Of a stretch of 64,000 bases of DNA, positions 47,237 to 56,725 are shown piece after piece. The notes below the pieces were generated by a model. That model was not told the origin of the DNA. It saw only the letters and a program-made list of their open reading frames with translations, and did not search any database. The first letter of the stretch is position 1. Each line of letters begins with the position of its first letter. The stretch is from positions 6,523 to 70,522 of the forward strand of contig DASWWS010000001.1 in assembly GCA_036405895.1 (NCBI GenBank), in the 5' to 3' direction. The position numbers were made by a program, and so were the translations under genes. This DNA is from Minisyncoccota bacterium. GTDB taxonomy: Bacteria > Patescibacteriota > Minisyncoccia > Phycocordibacterales > UBA9973.

Positions 47237-48063
47237 ATCCGATCATCAGCATTATTTTACCCACCTATAATGGTTCGCAGAGTATTACGCGCGCCATAAC
47301 GAGCATTCTGAATCAAGAATATCAGAATTGGGAGTTGCTTGTTGTAAGTGATGGATCGACGGATGAAACAAAAAGTATTGTTGCTAAGTTTTCAGAGACT
47401 GATCAGCGCATTGTGTTGATTGAGAATACAGACAATAAGGGGATACAGAAAAGCCTCAATGAAGGATTGCTTCAAGCTCGCGGAGAATATATCGCGCGCA
47501 TTGACGACGATGATGAATGGGTAGATTGTATGAAGCTCTCCGCGCAAATCAGTTTTTTTGAAAACCACACTGACCACCTGTTGCTCGGAACCAACGCTAT
47601 GGTTGTTGACAAGGACGGCACAGTGCTATCTGTCAACAAGATGCCCTCTACGGATACTGCAATTCGCTCCAGCATGCTTTCAAAAAACTGCTTTCTCCAC
47701 TCAACCATTCTTGTAAAAAAAAGCGCTATTGAAAAGGTTGGTGGATATAGCGAGGAAAAACAGTACCTGCATGCTGAAGATTATGAGCTATGGCTAAGAA
47801 TTGGAGCAATAGGAAAGATGGCGAATCTTTCAATGCTATCAACAAATCTAACAGCGCATAACAATAGTCTCACCTCTCGAAACCGGGTCTTGCAGGCACG
47901 CAATGTTTTGAGAAGTTCGTATGTTTACAGAAAAAAATACCCCCGTTTTTTTGCGGGGTATATCGTTGGTATTGTTCGACTGATGTTCTTTTGTCTCTTA
48001 AATATATTGCCACTTCCTTCATCGCTATGGTATGCAATTCAGCGCACTTATCGCTCAGCGTAG
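47233..48063 (+). CDS. Glycosyltransferase family 2
   Basis: ISIILPTYNGSQSITRAITSILNQEY...LLVVSDGSTDET and DDDDE. Confidence 0.8.
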   Translation: MNPIISIILPTYNGSQSITRAITSILNQEYQNWELLVVSDGSTDETKSIVAKFSETDQRIVLIENTDNKGIQKSLNEGLLQARGEYIARIDDDDEWVDCMKLSAQISFFENHTDHLLLGTNAMVVDKDGTVLSVNKMPSTDTAIRSSMLSKNCFLHSTILVKKSAIEKVGGYSEEKQYLHAEDYELWLRIGAIGKMANLSMLSTNLTAHNNSLTSRNRVLQARNVLRSSYVYRKKYPRFFAGYIVGIVRLMFFCLLNILPLPSSLWYAIQRTYRSA

Positions 48064-48105
48064 CGGTTGTTAAATAGTAGTAAGTTCTATATACTGCAAT
48101 CCATT

Positions 48106-48888
48106 ATGGCTATTCCTAGACAGATAAAAAAGCTGATCCCGCGTCCAATAAAAGCATTTTTGAAGCGAGCGCGAACTTCTTTTTGGGGACTCTTTTTGTT
48201 AAAAGATTATTTGCGCTTTAAGAAAGAGTCACAAGAAGCTGCGCGTGGATTCAGTCTTTCATACAAAGACCTTTGGGTGTGTTTGACCGACAAAACCCCG
48301 GAAACTGATTTTGAACGACACTATGTCTATCACCTTGCCTGGGCTGCACGATGTGTAAAAGAGATTGCACCAGAACTTCATGTGGATATCGGCTCGCGCC
48401 TCTTTTTCCCAACCATTCTTTCAGCATTTGTGCCAACAGATTTTTATGATTATCGTCCGGCAGACATCGTTCTTTCTGGTATGGGGTCATATAAGGGTGA
48501 CCTTACAAACTTGCCATTTAAGGATAATGAGCTCGCTTCGGTGTCATGTCTTCACACTCTTGAACATATAGGACTTGGAAGATATGGAGACCCGATTGAT
48601 GCAAACGGAGACCTTGTCGCAATGAAAGAGCTTGCCCGTGTTGTCGCACCAGGAGGAAATCTTTTGATTGCGCTTCCAATGGGGGAAAAGATGAGAATAC
48701 AGTTTAATGCGCACCGAATATATGACTACGATACACTCGTTTCCTACTTCCCAGGCTTTACTGTACAAAATTTTGCATATATCCCCGAAGAAGGTAAGCG
48801 AGAGCCGTTAATTCCTAACGCTACCCCGGCTGACATTAAAGACGATGTCATGGGGTGTGGCTGTTTCTGGTTTGTAAAAAATGCCTAG
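48106..48888 (+). CDS. Class I SAM-dependent methyltransferase-like protein (Methyltransf_11/DUF268-like)
   Basis: LHTLEHIGLGRYGDPIDANGDLVAMKELARVVAPGGNLLIALP. Confidence 0.45.
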   Translation: MAIPRQIKKLIPRPIKAFLKRARTSFWGLFLLKDYLRFKKESQEAARGFSLSYKDLWVCLTDKTPETDFERHYVYHLAWAARCVKEIAPELHVDIGSRLFFPTILSAFVPTDFYDYRPADIVLSGMGSYKGDLTNLPFKDNELASVSCLHTLEHIGLGRYGDPIDANGDLVAMKELARVVAPGGNLLIALPMGEKMRIQFNAHRIYDYDTLVSYFPGFTVQNFAYIPEEGKREPLIPNATPADIKDDVMGCGCFWFVKNA

Positions 48889-48903
48889 CGTCTCAATATC
48901 TCT

Positions 48904-49776
48904 ATGACTACATTAAAAATAACGCACAATGCTGGAATACTCTCTTGCTATTCAAAGAGACTTGAAGGCATTGTGTGGTTTTTTAATGCATATAAATATC
49001 TCCCAGATAGAGTGGATAGTAGTGAGCAATTTTCTTTGTATAAGTCGAACCCTTCTGAAGATATAACTTCATTGTATATAAAAGAAATTCCTAAAGAACA
49101 CAGAAATATCCGCCCCGTTGTTTTCTATAATGATATGCAGTTTTTGGATTATCGAGGAATTGATTTTGCCCGATTGGATCCTTTTATTGCGCTATATTTT
49201 ACTCCGAGCGACCATGTTGCTTCAATTGTTTCGTTATACGAAAAAAAATATGCTATTGAGTATAAAAACACATGCGCAGTATTTTATCGGGGAAATGACA
49301 AATCCACCGAGACCACTATTGCAAGTTATGAAAGTTTTATTTCTCAGGCAAGAAAAATCAAAGAGCAGTTTTCTGATGTGCTATTTCTGGTACAGACAGA
49401 TGAAACTGAGTTTCTGGAATTGTTTGAAAAAGAATTTCCAGGAGCTGTTCATTTTGAAGAAGTTCCCCATATACGCAAGCAGCAATCCACTGTCCACGAC
49501 GAACTTCCCTTAGAAGAGAGAGCTGAATTTGGAGCCCGTTTTCTAGCGGCGACATTAGTACTGTCAAAATGTGAACACCTCATTACTCATTCAGGGAATT
49601 GTGGATTGTGGGCTGTGCTTTACAGAGGGAACTCTAATGGGGTGTATCAATGGCTCAATGGCTCATGGGGACGTTCTTGGATAGAGCGATTATATCTTTG
49701 GATAAAGATCCAGTACAAAAAAACACTACGGAAAATAATAAAAGGAAATATAGGATGGAAAGTCGTAGCAGAATAG
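48904..49776 (+). CDS. Hypothetical protein in glycan locus
   Basis: 290-aa ORF with no recognised motif. Context only. Confidence 0.35.
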   Translation: MTTLKITHNAGILSCYSKRLEGIVWFFNAYKYLPDRVDSSEQFSLYKSNPSEDITSLYIKEIPKEHRNIRPVVFYNDMQFLDYRGIDFARLDPFIALYFTPSDHVASIVSLYEKKYAIEYKNTCAVFYRGNDKSTETTIASYESFISQARKIKEQFSDVLFLVQTDETEFLELFEKEFPGAVHFEEVPHIRKQQSTVHDELPLEERAEFGARFLAATLVLSKCEHLITHSGNCGLWAVLYRGNSNGVYQWLNGSWGRSWIERLYLWIKIQYKKTLRKIIKGNIGWKVVAE

Positions 49777-49791
49777 GGGTATCCCAGGATG

Positions 49792-51240
49792 CTATTTTTT
49801 AAGCAATAAGAGGATCTCAGTAAGAGAGCGCTCTTTTAGAATAAGAAGGCAGGAGACATAGAGTACTGTAGCGATTATGACGGTAATAATTACCGGCATC
49901 CCAACCCATTGCAGAGCCACTATGCCTAGGGCCATAATCAAGCTTGAAAGCAGAAGAATGCCAATTTTAGGAATGACACTGAATGGTATGATTTTTTTGA
50001 GCTTTTGCCAGTTGATTGTCATAATTAACAACTGAGTAATCGTTAACGACAGTGCGGCACCGATTGCGCCATATCGCGGTATCAGTAAAAAATTGAGAAT
50101 AATATTTACGAGCACTCCCCACGCTGTTGCAGCAATGAATGCTCGTTGTAAATTTTTTGAAAAAATTACATTGATGAGAATAGTATTTGGAAATGATGCC
50201 AATAGCGAAATCATGAGTATTCCAAGGGTTAGGCCCCCTACGCCGTACTCAGATCCGAATAAAAACGACATGAGTTCCGTACTCAGCAAAAAGCCTCCTA
50301 TGGCTAAAGGAATTGCAGCCGCACATAATAGTACTAGCACTCTTTCAAAAATGTTTACCATTTTGCTGTTGTCTGCCTCATTTTTTGATAAAAGAGGGAA
50401 CAGTGAGGTAGCGATGAAGGCGGGGAGAATCGCAATGAATTGAACAATTCTTTGGGCTGCAGAGTAAAGACCCACATCAGTTGCAGACTTCAATTGTCCA
50501 AGCATGATGCTGTCTATATTGAATATAAAACTGAACATGCTGATAATCGTTATTGGCCAGGAAAAAGCATATATTATTTTTAGCGCTTCTTTAGAAAAGA
50601 CCCATTGAATCTTTTTGAATTCTCCCCGTATTGTCCAAAGCATAAACACGGTAGCGATTATGCTCCCAACTGCATAGGCGATAGCAAGGGATAGAGGGGT
50701 CGCTGTGGTGGCAATTAGAATGATACCGAGTATGGCTATGAGGGAATTCATCCCTATTTTTGAAAATGCCTCTAACTCCATTTTCCCTGATGCTCGGTTG
50801 ACGGAGAGCGCAAATTCTCTGACGCAGTCAGAAAAGAAGAGAAGGGAAAGCGTGGTGAGAAGAGGGACTCCAAGTTTTATTTTTCCGAGGTAGGGTCCGA
50901 CAATAAGAGAAATAGTGAACAAAATAATGAGAAGCCCCATTTTTATAATGAATGAGGTTGCAAGATATTTATACTTACTTGCATTATCTTTTGACATCTC
51001 TCGGGTAATAAAAGTATTTACTCCAAAGTCGCCTAAGATGTAGAAAAAAGATACGAAGGCTAGTCCATAGGAAAATATACCCCAGTTCTCAATACCAAGT
51101 TCTCGTGTGGCAAATACAACAACTGCTAATTTAAAAAGGCGCCCAATTATTTCGCTTGTAATGAGCCAAAATGTATTTTTTGCAACAGTTTGTTTGTCGC
51201 TTGTATTCTTGAAGAGGAAATTTTTAATACGCTGTATCAT
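49792..51240 (-). CDS. wzx: Oligosaccharide flippase Wzx (MOP superfamily polysaccharide biosynthesis protein)
   Basis: 14-TM pattern and N-terminus TFWLITSEIIGRLFKLAVVVFATRELGIENWGIFSYGLAFVSF. Confidence 0.8.
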   Translation of the reverse strand: MIQRIKNFLFKNTSDKQTVAKNTFWLITSEIIGRLFKLAVVVFATRELGIENWGIFSYGLAFVSFFYILGDFGVNTFITREMSKDNASKYKYLATSFIIKMGLLIILFTISLIVGPYLGKIKLGVPLLTTLSLLFFSDCVREFALSVNRASGKMELEAFSKIGMNSLIAILGIILIATTATPLSLAIAYAVGSIIATVFMLWTIRGEFKKIQWVFSKEALKIIYAFSWPITIISMFSFIFNIDSIMLGQLKSATDVGLYSAAQRIVQFIAILPAFIATSLFPLLSKNEADNSKMVNIFERVLVLLCAAAIPLAIGGFLLSTELMSFLFGSEYGVGGLTLGILMISLLASFPNTILINVIFSKNLQRAFIAATAWGVLVNIILNFLLIPRYGAIGAALSLTITQLLIMTINWQKLKKIIPFSVIPKIGILLLSSLIMALGIVALQWVGMPVIITVIIATVLYVSCLLILKERSLTEILLLLKK

Positions 51241-51241
51241 G

Positions 51242-52519
51242 CTAGTGCGTAAAAATTATCTGGAGTGTTTTTAGTACGATACCGATGTCCAGTAGCGGGT
51301 GTTTGTTCTTTATATAGTACAGGTCGTACTCGAACTTTTCGCTTGAGTCGTCCACGGTGCGGGCGTAGCGGTATTTGATTTGTGCCCAACCGGTAAAGCC
51401 CGGGCGGATGCTGTGGCGAAGGAAGTAATAGGGAACAGTTGTTTCGAGGCTTGAAACAAATTCAGGGCGCTCGGGGCGCGGGCCGACAAGAGCGATGTCG
51501 CCCCTGATGATGTTCCACATCTGCGGCACTTCATCGATATGAGTTTTGCGTAGAATGCGGCCCAGGCGAGTGATGCGGGTGTCTTTGTGTGTAGCCCACT
51601 GCGCACCGTTCTTTTCGGCATCCTTGGACATAGAGCGGAGCTTGTAGACAGTGAAGAGCTTGCCGTCTTTGCCGACGCGGGTATGGTTGAAAAAGATTGG
51701 TGTACCGTCTTCTATAAGTCTTGCAATAACCGCCACGATCATGAAAGGCAACATGACAATAAGCACCACTACTGCAAATGCTATTTCAAATACTCGATAG
51801 ACGAAATGAAGGCCGGCATTGGTGCTTTGCGACATATAGTGAACTGCCTTTTCTTCTGTCATCAACTCAAGCGGGATTTTGCCGAATAGTGTTTCGTATG
51901 CGTCGGAAAGAGACATCACCTCGGCACCGAGTGCGCGAGAAAATGCCAGAAGATTTTGTGGGTCGATGTGCTCGGTGATGAGAATGTCGATACGCTCGCT
52001 TGGTGCAGATTCAGGGATGCTCTCCCAGTGGTACAAAACGGTGCCAAGCTGGCGATGCCGCGCAAGCTCAGCAATAAGGTCGGTAATCACCGGGCTTGTA
52101 CCAATGATTGCAATGTTTCGAGTGAAGCGCACGGTAAAGAGGTGGTAGAACAATCGGCGCCACGCAAAGAGGAGAAGAAATGCAAACACGCCCACAAGCG
52201 CCAAATTTGTTTTGGGACTGATGCTCTGTTGAGGAGAGAGATAGAAAAAGGCAAGACCGAGGAGTACGTTTATAACCATTGCACTAACCAATAGCCCGAT
52301 GTTGCGCGGGTTGGGGTTTACGCGGCGGATGTTATAGAGGTCGAAAATAAAGAATACGATGAGCCATACTATAAAGAGCATAGCGAACAGTTCGCGCTGA
52401 AGAAGAATGGTCGCCATTTCGCTCGTACGATCAAAGCGAATAGATACCATTAGTACAAGAGAGAGGGCAAGCGCGGAGATATCTCCGGACAACAGGACGA
52501 GGCGACGGTGCTGTAACAT
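51242..52519 (-). CDS. Undecaprenyl-phosphate sugar phosphotransferase (WbaP/PssY-type initiating transferase)
   Basis: C-terminal bacterial sugar-transferase domain DIALVGPRPERPEF...RPGFTGWAQI with N-terminal TM helices. Confidence 0.85.
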   Translation of the reverse strand: MLQHRRLVLLSGDISALALSLVLMVSIRFDRTSEMATILLQRELFAMLFIVWLIVFFIFDLYNIRRVNPNPRNIGLLVSAMVINVLLGLAFFYLSPQQSISPKTNLALVGVFAFLLLFAWRRLFYHLFTVRFTRNIAIIGTSPVITDLIAELARHRQLGTVLYHWESIPESAPSERIDILITEHIDPQNLLAFSRALGAEVMSLSDAYETLFGKIPLELMTEEKAVHYMSQSTNAGLHFVYRVFEIAFAVVVLIVMLPFMIVAVIARLIEDGTPIFFNHTRVGKDGKLFTVYKLRSMSKDAEKNGAQWATHKDTRITRLGRILRKTHIDEVPQMWNIIRGDIALVGPRPERPEFVSSLETTVPYYFLRHSIRPGFTGWAQIKYRYARTVDDSSEKFEYDLYYIKNKHPLLDIGIVLKTLQIIFTH

Positions 52520-52591
52520 GGCAATATTATATAACTTTTTCTTATTTTGTAAATCATGCCAAATGCCTACAATTTGCTATCATGTCGATAT

Positions 52592-53077
52592 ATGACACAG
52601 AATAACAACAGCCAAACCTTTATGCAGAACAACAAAAACCTCCTCATCGCAGCAGGAGCAATCATTATTGTTATTATCCTTGCTATCATGCTTCCTCGCA
52701 TGACCAGCGCTCCAGTTGAAGCTCCTGTAGAAGAAGAGACCACAATCGTTGAAACTGAAAATGAAACAACTGCATCTCCTCGCAGTACTTCATACCCGGC
52801 AGGCGAAGCAGCATACCTCGCTGCAATCGAAGCAAATGAAGGAAAGACTATCACTTTCTCAGGATCATGCGTTGCTGACCCAAAGACAACAACTGTGAAA
52901 GCAGGAGAACACGCGCTTTTGGTAAATGCGACTGACGAACCGCACACATTCACTGTAGGCACTGATTCTTACACCGTAGGAGAGCGCCACTACAAAACAC
53001 TTCGCATCAAGACTCCTGGAACCTACTCTATCTCTTGCGACGACCAGAAGGACCTTGCGAGCGTTACCGTAGAGTAA
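52592..53077 (+). CDS. Small membrane-anchored secreted protein (paralogue A)
   Basis: TM anchor, then a beta-rich domain ending GTYSISCDDQKDLASVTVE. Confidence 0.4.
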   Translation: MTQNNNSQTFMQNNKNLLIAAGAIIIVIILAIMLPRMTSAPVEAPVEEETTIVETENETTASPRSTSYPAGEAAYLAAIEANEGKTITFSGSCVADPKTTTVKAGEHALLVNATDEPHTFTVGTDSYTVGERHYKTLRIKTPGTYSISCDDQKDLASVTVE

Positions 53078-53092
53078 CCCTCCCACCCCCTC

Positions 53093-53575
53093 ATGCATAA
53101 GCGAAGCGCACTTATTATCATAGCTCTTGTTGCAGCACTGATTGTGGTTGCGCTCGCTTTTGTTACTCGCCGTGTCGGCGTACAAAGCCCGATTGTCTTT
53201 CTCGACGAACCTCAGACTGTGATGATTGATGAGCAGGGAAGCTTGTTTAACCTTAAGGCGATTGTTGCGCCTATTGCACCCGTAGCAAATGAAAAAGCAG
53301 AGCGTTCTCGTGCAGAGATTCTCGCAGAGTACGAAGGCAAGACAATGAGCTTTGACGATGTGTGCCAGGCATACCCAACAGCGCTCTCTATACCTCAAAA
53401 GACGGTAATTGTATTTAACAACCGCGCAACCGTTGAGCGCGATATTACAATCGATAACCGAACCTACAGCATTGCAGCAAATGACTATGCGCTCGCGGCC
53501 GTGAATACTGTAGGGAAATACCGAATAGACTGCGACAAGAAGTCTTCAGGAGGAACTATTACTGTTACGGAGTAA
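53093..53575 (+). CDS. Small membrane-anchored secreted protein (paralogue B)
   Basis: Same architecture, ending GKYRIDCDKKSSGGTITVTE. Tandem duplicate of the previous gene. Confidence 0.4.
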   Translation: MHKRSALIIIALVAALIVVALAFVTRRVGVQSPIVFLDEPQTVMIDEQGSLFNLKAIVAPIAPVANEKAERSRAEILAEYEGKTMSFDDVCQAYPTALSIPQKTVIVFNNRATVERDITIDNRTYSIAANDYALAAVNTVGKYRIDCDKKSSGGTITVTE

Positions 53576-53707
53576 TACCGGCAAAATTGACTTTTAGAGG
53601 CATTTTAGTATAGTACTGTGCAGTGTAGGTCGAAGACAGCAGGCACTATAAGCCCTGCCGAGGTCGAATTCTCACTTTATCTACACGTACATTAAATAAT
53701 TCATATT

Positions 53708-54196
53708 ATGGCAATTTCAAAAGAGAAAAAGCAGTCTATTGTTTCTTCCTTTTCTGATATTCTTGGCTCTTCCGAGGGTGTCGTATTCGTACAGTTCGAC
53801 AAGCTCACTGTCGCTACAAGCAACGCGGTTCGCCGCGCGCTTCGCGCTGCTGACGTCGGCTACAAGGTAGGGAAAAAGACCCTCCTGAAGCGAGTACTTC
53901 AAGAACGCGGCTACACCGGCGAGCTCCCAGAGCTCCAGGGTGAAATCGCTATCGCGTATTCAACTGATGCACTTGCACCAGCACGCGAAATCTACGAATT
54001 TCAGAAATCCACAAAAGGCGCGGTCACTATCGTGGGCGGAGTCTTTGGAGGAGAATACAAGGACAAAGAGGCGATGCTCTCAATTGCAACTATCCCGTCA
54101 CGCGAAGTACTCCTTTCGCAGATCGCATTCTTGCTCAAGAGTCCGATGCAGCGTTTGGCTATTGGCGTCAACGAGGTGGCAAAGCAAAAGAGCTAA
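53708..54196 (+). CDS. rplJ: 50S ribosomal protein L10
   Basis: MAISKEKKQSIVSSFSDIL...VGYKVGKKTLLKRVL. 162 aa, immediately upstream of rplL. Confidence 0.85.
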   Translation: MAISKEKKQSIVSSFSDILGSSEGVVFVQFDKLTVATSNAVRRALRAADVGYKVGKKTLLKRVLQERGYTGELPELQGEIAIAYSTDALAPAREIYEFQKSTKGAVTIVGGVFGGEYKDKEAMLSIATIPSREVLLSQIAFLLKSPMQRLAIGVNEVAKQKS

Positions 54197-54233
54197 TCTT
54201 CAGTACTCATTACTTATCTAACGTAAAAATATT

Positions 54234-54596
54234 ATGGCAAAATTTGATTCATTTCTTACTGAGCTCGAAGGAGCATCAGTACTAGAACTCAACGACCTCG
54301 TGAAAGCGATCGAAGAGAAATTCGGTGTATCTGCAGCAGCAGTATCAGCAGCACCAGCAGCAGCTGCGGGCGCAGTTGAAGAAAAAGACACCTTTACTGT
54401 TGTACTCGCTTCTGCGGGCGAACAGAAAATCGCTGTTATGAAAGTTGTTAAGGAAGCTCTTGGCCTCGGACTCAAAGAAGCGAAGGACCTCGTTGACGGC
54501 GCACCTTCAACCATCAAAGATGGCGTGAAGAAAGACGAAGCAGACGCTCTCAAGAAATCTATTGAGGAAGCAGGTGGAGCGGTAGAATTGAAGTAA
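54234..54596 (+). CDS. rplL: 50S ribosomal protein L7/L12
   Basis: Ala-rich hinge [15 protein letters not shown] and C-terminal domain [22 protein letters not shown]. Confidence 0.9.
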   Translation: MAKFDSFLTELEGASVLELNDLVKAIEEKFGVSAAAVSAAPAAAAGAVEEKDTFTVVLASAGEQKIAVMKVVKEALGLGLKEAKDLVDGAPSTIKDGVKKDEADALKKSIEEAGGAVELK

Positions 54597-54759
54597 TATA
54601 TTATTTCAATTTACCGGTCCAGCTGTGTCGAAAATTTTCCACACAGAAAATTTTCGACCAGGTGGTTCCATTGAAAATACTCACCCCTTACTTTTACAAA
54701 AACTCCCCAACAGGGGAGTTTTTGCTTTGTTGACTATTTTTATGGTTGGTGTACTCTAG

Positions 54760-55085
54760 TACCAAACCTTGTGTATGAAATGTAGCTTAATACTTTCATG
54801 CATGGTTGTACTTTTACTCTGTATCACAAGCAAGGAGGGGCGAACAATCGATTCATTAATGGGAGGCGCGTATCATCAAGAGATGCTAGCAACTATGCCC
54901 CACACGCCAAGCATGGCAACCGAACCGTTGTATCATTCAACACCCTTGCTACCCGACAATGCATTGTCGACGAGTCTTCCGGAGTCAGAGTATGTACCGT
55001 GCCTAAGAGGGGTTTTGATGTCAAAACCACCTTAGCTGTACAACCTAAACGCCCGCACCTCTATGGAGGTGCGGCTTTTTTTATT
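54760..55085 (+). ncRNA. Candidate structured non-coding RNA (ORF-poor ~320 nt ending in a strong terminator)
   Basis: No convincing ORF. GC hairpin GCCCGCACCTC-tat-GGAGGTGCGGC plus T7 at 55051-55083. Family not identified. Confidence 0.3.
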
Positions 55086-55170
55086 TACACCCCAAAACGA
55101 ACTTGTACGCAAGCGGGCGGGGGAGATATACTTTAGGCACACTTTTAAAGAGAGGTGGAGTTTTACGAAA

Positions 55171-55800
55171 ATGGATATTCTAGGAAAGTTATTGGGCGGT
55201 ATTCCGCGCGTGAAAATCATGCGCTTGTTTTTGCTGAATGCAGACGAGCCGTTTGGCATCGATGACATCGTTGAGCGGTCACGGTTGCAGCGAGCAATTG
55301 CACGCAAGGTGGTGACGGGCCTTTTGGCGATGTGCTTTATCCAAAAGAAATCCTTTATTCAGGAATTTGAAGACAGCAAGGGGCGCATTACTAAAAAGCG
55401 CATCCAGGGCTGGATTCTTGCCACCGACTTTCCGTACATTGCAGAGCTCAAGCAGCTCTTGGTGGAAGGGGAGTTCTTCAAGCACTCCGAGCTCGCAAAG
55501 CGCTTTAAGCCAGCCGGCCGCGTGCAGCTCCTTGTTGTCTCAGGCATCTTTATACAAGACTCCGAAACAAAGCTCGACCTTTTGATTGTCGGCGATAATC
55601 TGCGCAAGAATTTTTTACAGAAAACTATTTCAGTGCTTGAAAGCGAGCTTGGTAAAGAGCTCCGATACGCCGTGTTTGATACTGCAGACTTTAAATACCG
55701 TATGGCAATGTACGACAAATTGCTCCGCGACGTCTTTGACTACCCTCACGAGAAGCTCGTAATAGGGAAGGAGTTCTCCACACTCACCTTACCAAACTAG
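55171..55800 (+). CDS. Hypothetical protein with N-terminal winged-helix-like domain
   Basis: IPRVKIMRLFLLNADEPFGIDDIVERSRLQRAIARKVVTGLL. 210 aa. Confidence 0.35.
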   Translation: MDILGKLLGGIPRVKIMRLFLLNADEPFGIDDIVERSRLQRAIARKVVTGLLAMCFIQKKSFIQEFEDSKGRITKKRIQGWILATDFPYIAELKQLLVEGEFFKHSELAKRFKPAGRVQLLVVSGIFIQDSETKLDLLIVGDNLRKNFLQKTISVLESELGKELRYAVFDTADFKYRMAMYDKLLRDVFDYPHEKLVIGKEFSTLTLPN

Positions 55801-55894
55801 CGGTTTTAGGAGTATACTGAAGGTACTGTAGGGAAGCCCCTCAGTACTTACCAGTAACTTTTATACTCGCGCACTTCGGTGCAGAAAAAACACT

Positions 55895-56599
55895 ATGCTT
55901 ATTCAAACATGGAGCCAAGTCTTCCTCTTGTCATTACAGGGGCTCTGGTACGGCTTTATCGCAACATTCCCACGCATCCTCCTTGCGATCGTGATCTTTA
56001 TCATTGGTTGGATCGTTGCTTCAACTCTTGGCGCGCTTGTGACCAGTGCAATCGACGCACTCAAGCTCGACAAGCTCTTTAAGAATGCAGGTACTGAACA
56101 GGTGCTCGCACGTGCTGGATGGAGACTCCACATCGGAGGTATCATCGGATGGCTCGTGAAGTGGCTGATCATCCTTGGATTCTTTACTGCATCTATCAAC
56201 CTGCTCGGACTTGACCAGGTATCAATCTTCCTTCAGCAGATTGTTGCTTACATCCCACAGGTGATTATTGCAGTGCTTATCCTTGTTGCGGGTACTTTGC
56301 TTGCTGACTTCACTCGCAAGCTCATCGTTGGCGGTGCTGCAATGGCAAACGTTCGCTCTGCTCGCATGATCGGAACAGTTGCATACTATGCAATCTGGAT
56401 CCTTACGCTTGTTACTGCACTCGACAAGCTTGGTATCTTCGGATACTTCGGACAAATCCTCTTCACTGGAATCGTATTGATGGTGGCGATCGCTATGGGT
56501 CTTGCCTTCGGTCTTGGTGGAAAGGAAGCTGCAGGACGTTTTGTTGGCCGCATGGCAGATGATTTTTCTGCAAATCACGGCAACCACCCTCGTTCCTAA
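55895..56599 (+). CDS. Membrane protein with repeated 'conserved TM helix' units (MscS-N-terminal-like)
   Basis: Four or five long hydrophobic helices with repeated G..I.IIG.IV pattern. Confidence 0.4.
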   Translation: MLIQTWSQVFLLSLQGLWYGFIATFPRILLAIVIFIIGWIVASTLGALVTSAIDALKLDKLFKNAGTEQVLARAGWRLHIGGIIGWLVKWLIILGFFTASINLLGLDQVSIFLQQIVAYIPQVIIAVLILVAGTLLADFTRKLIVGGAAMANVRSARMIGTVAYYAIWILTLVTALDKLGIFGYFGQILFTGIVLMVAIAMGLAFGLGGKEAAGRFVGRMADDFSANHGNHPRS

Positions 56600-56696
56600 G
56601 CGCTGAAAAAGGCCCTAAAAAGCTCTATAACAGTCCTTCAAAAAGCGGCCCTTCCGGGTCGCTTTTTGTACTCTTTTTATGCTTACGGCATAAGGG

Positions 56697-56725
56697 TTGA
56701 CATCCAAACCACACTCGTCTATACT
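56697..56725 (+). promoter_or_regulatory. Sigma70-like promoter for the 23S-5S transcript
   Basis: TTGACA, 17-nt spacer, TATACT. Lies about 340 nt upstream of the mature 23S 5' end. Confidence 0.45.

Noticed and set aside
54769-55035. 88-aa Cys/Leu-rich ORF after rplL treated as possible small membrane protein
   Set aside because: No RBS, odd composition (MCMKCSLILSCMVV...), overlapped by another equally poor ORF. Better explained as a non-coding transcript. Kept as an ncRNA candidate instead.
54730-55085. Possibility that this region is tmRNA (ssrA)
   Set aside because: No GGGGNUG...acceptor pairing with a 3' CCA-proximal strand, no recognisable T-arm (GGUUCGANUCC-like), and no tag-peptide reading frame ending in ...AA-stop. 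Length fits but sequence does not.
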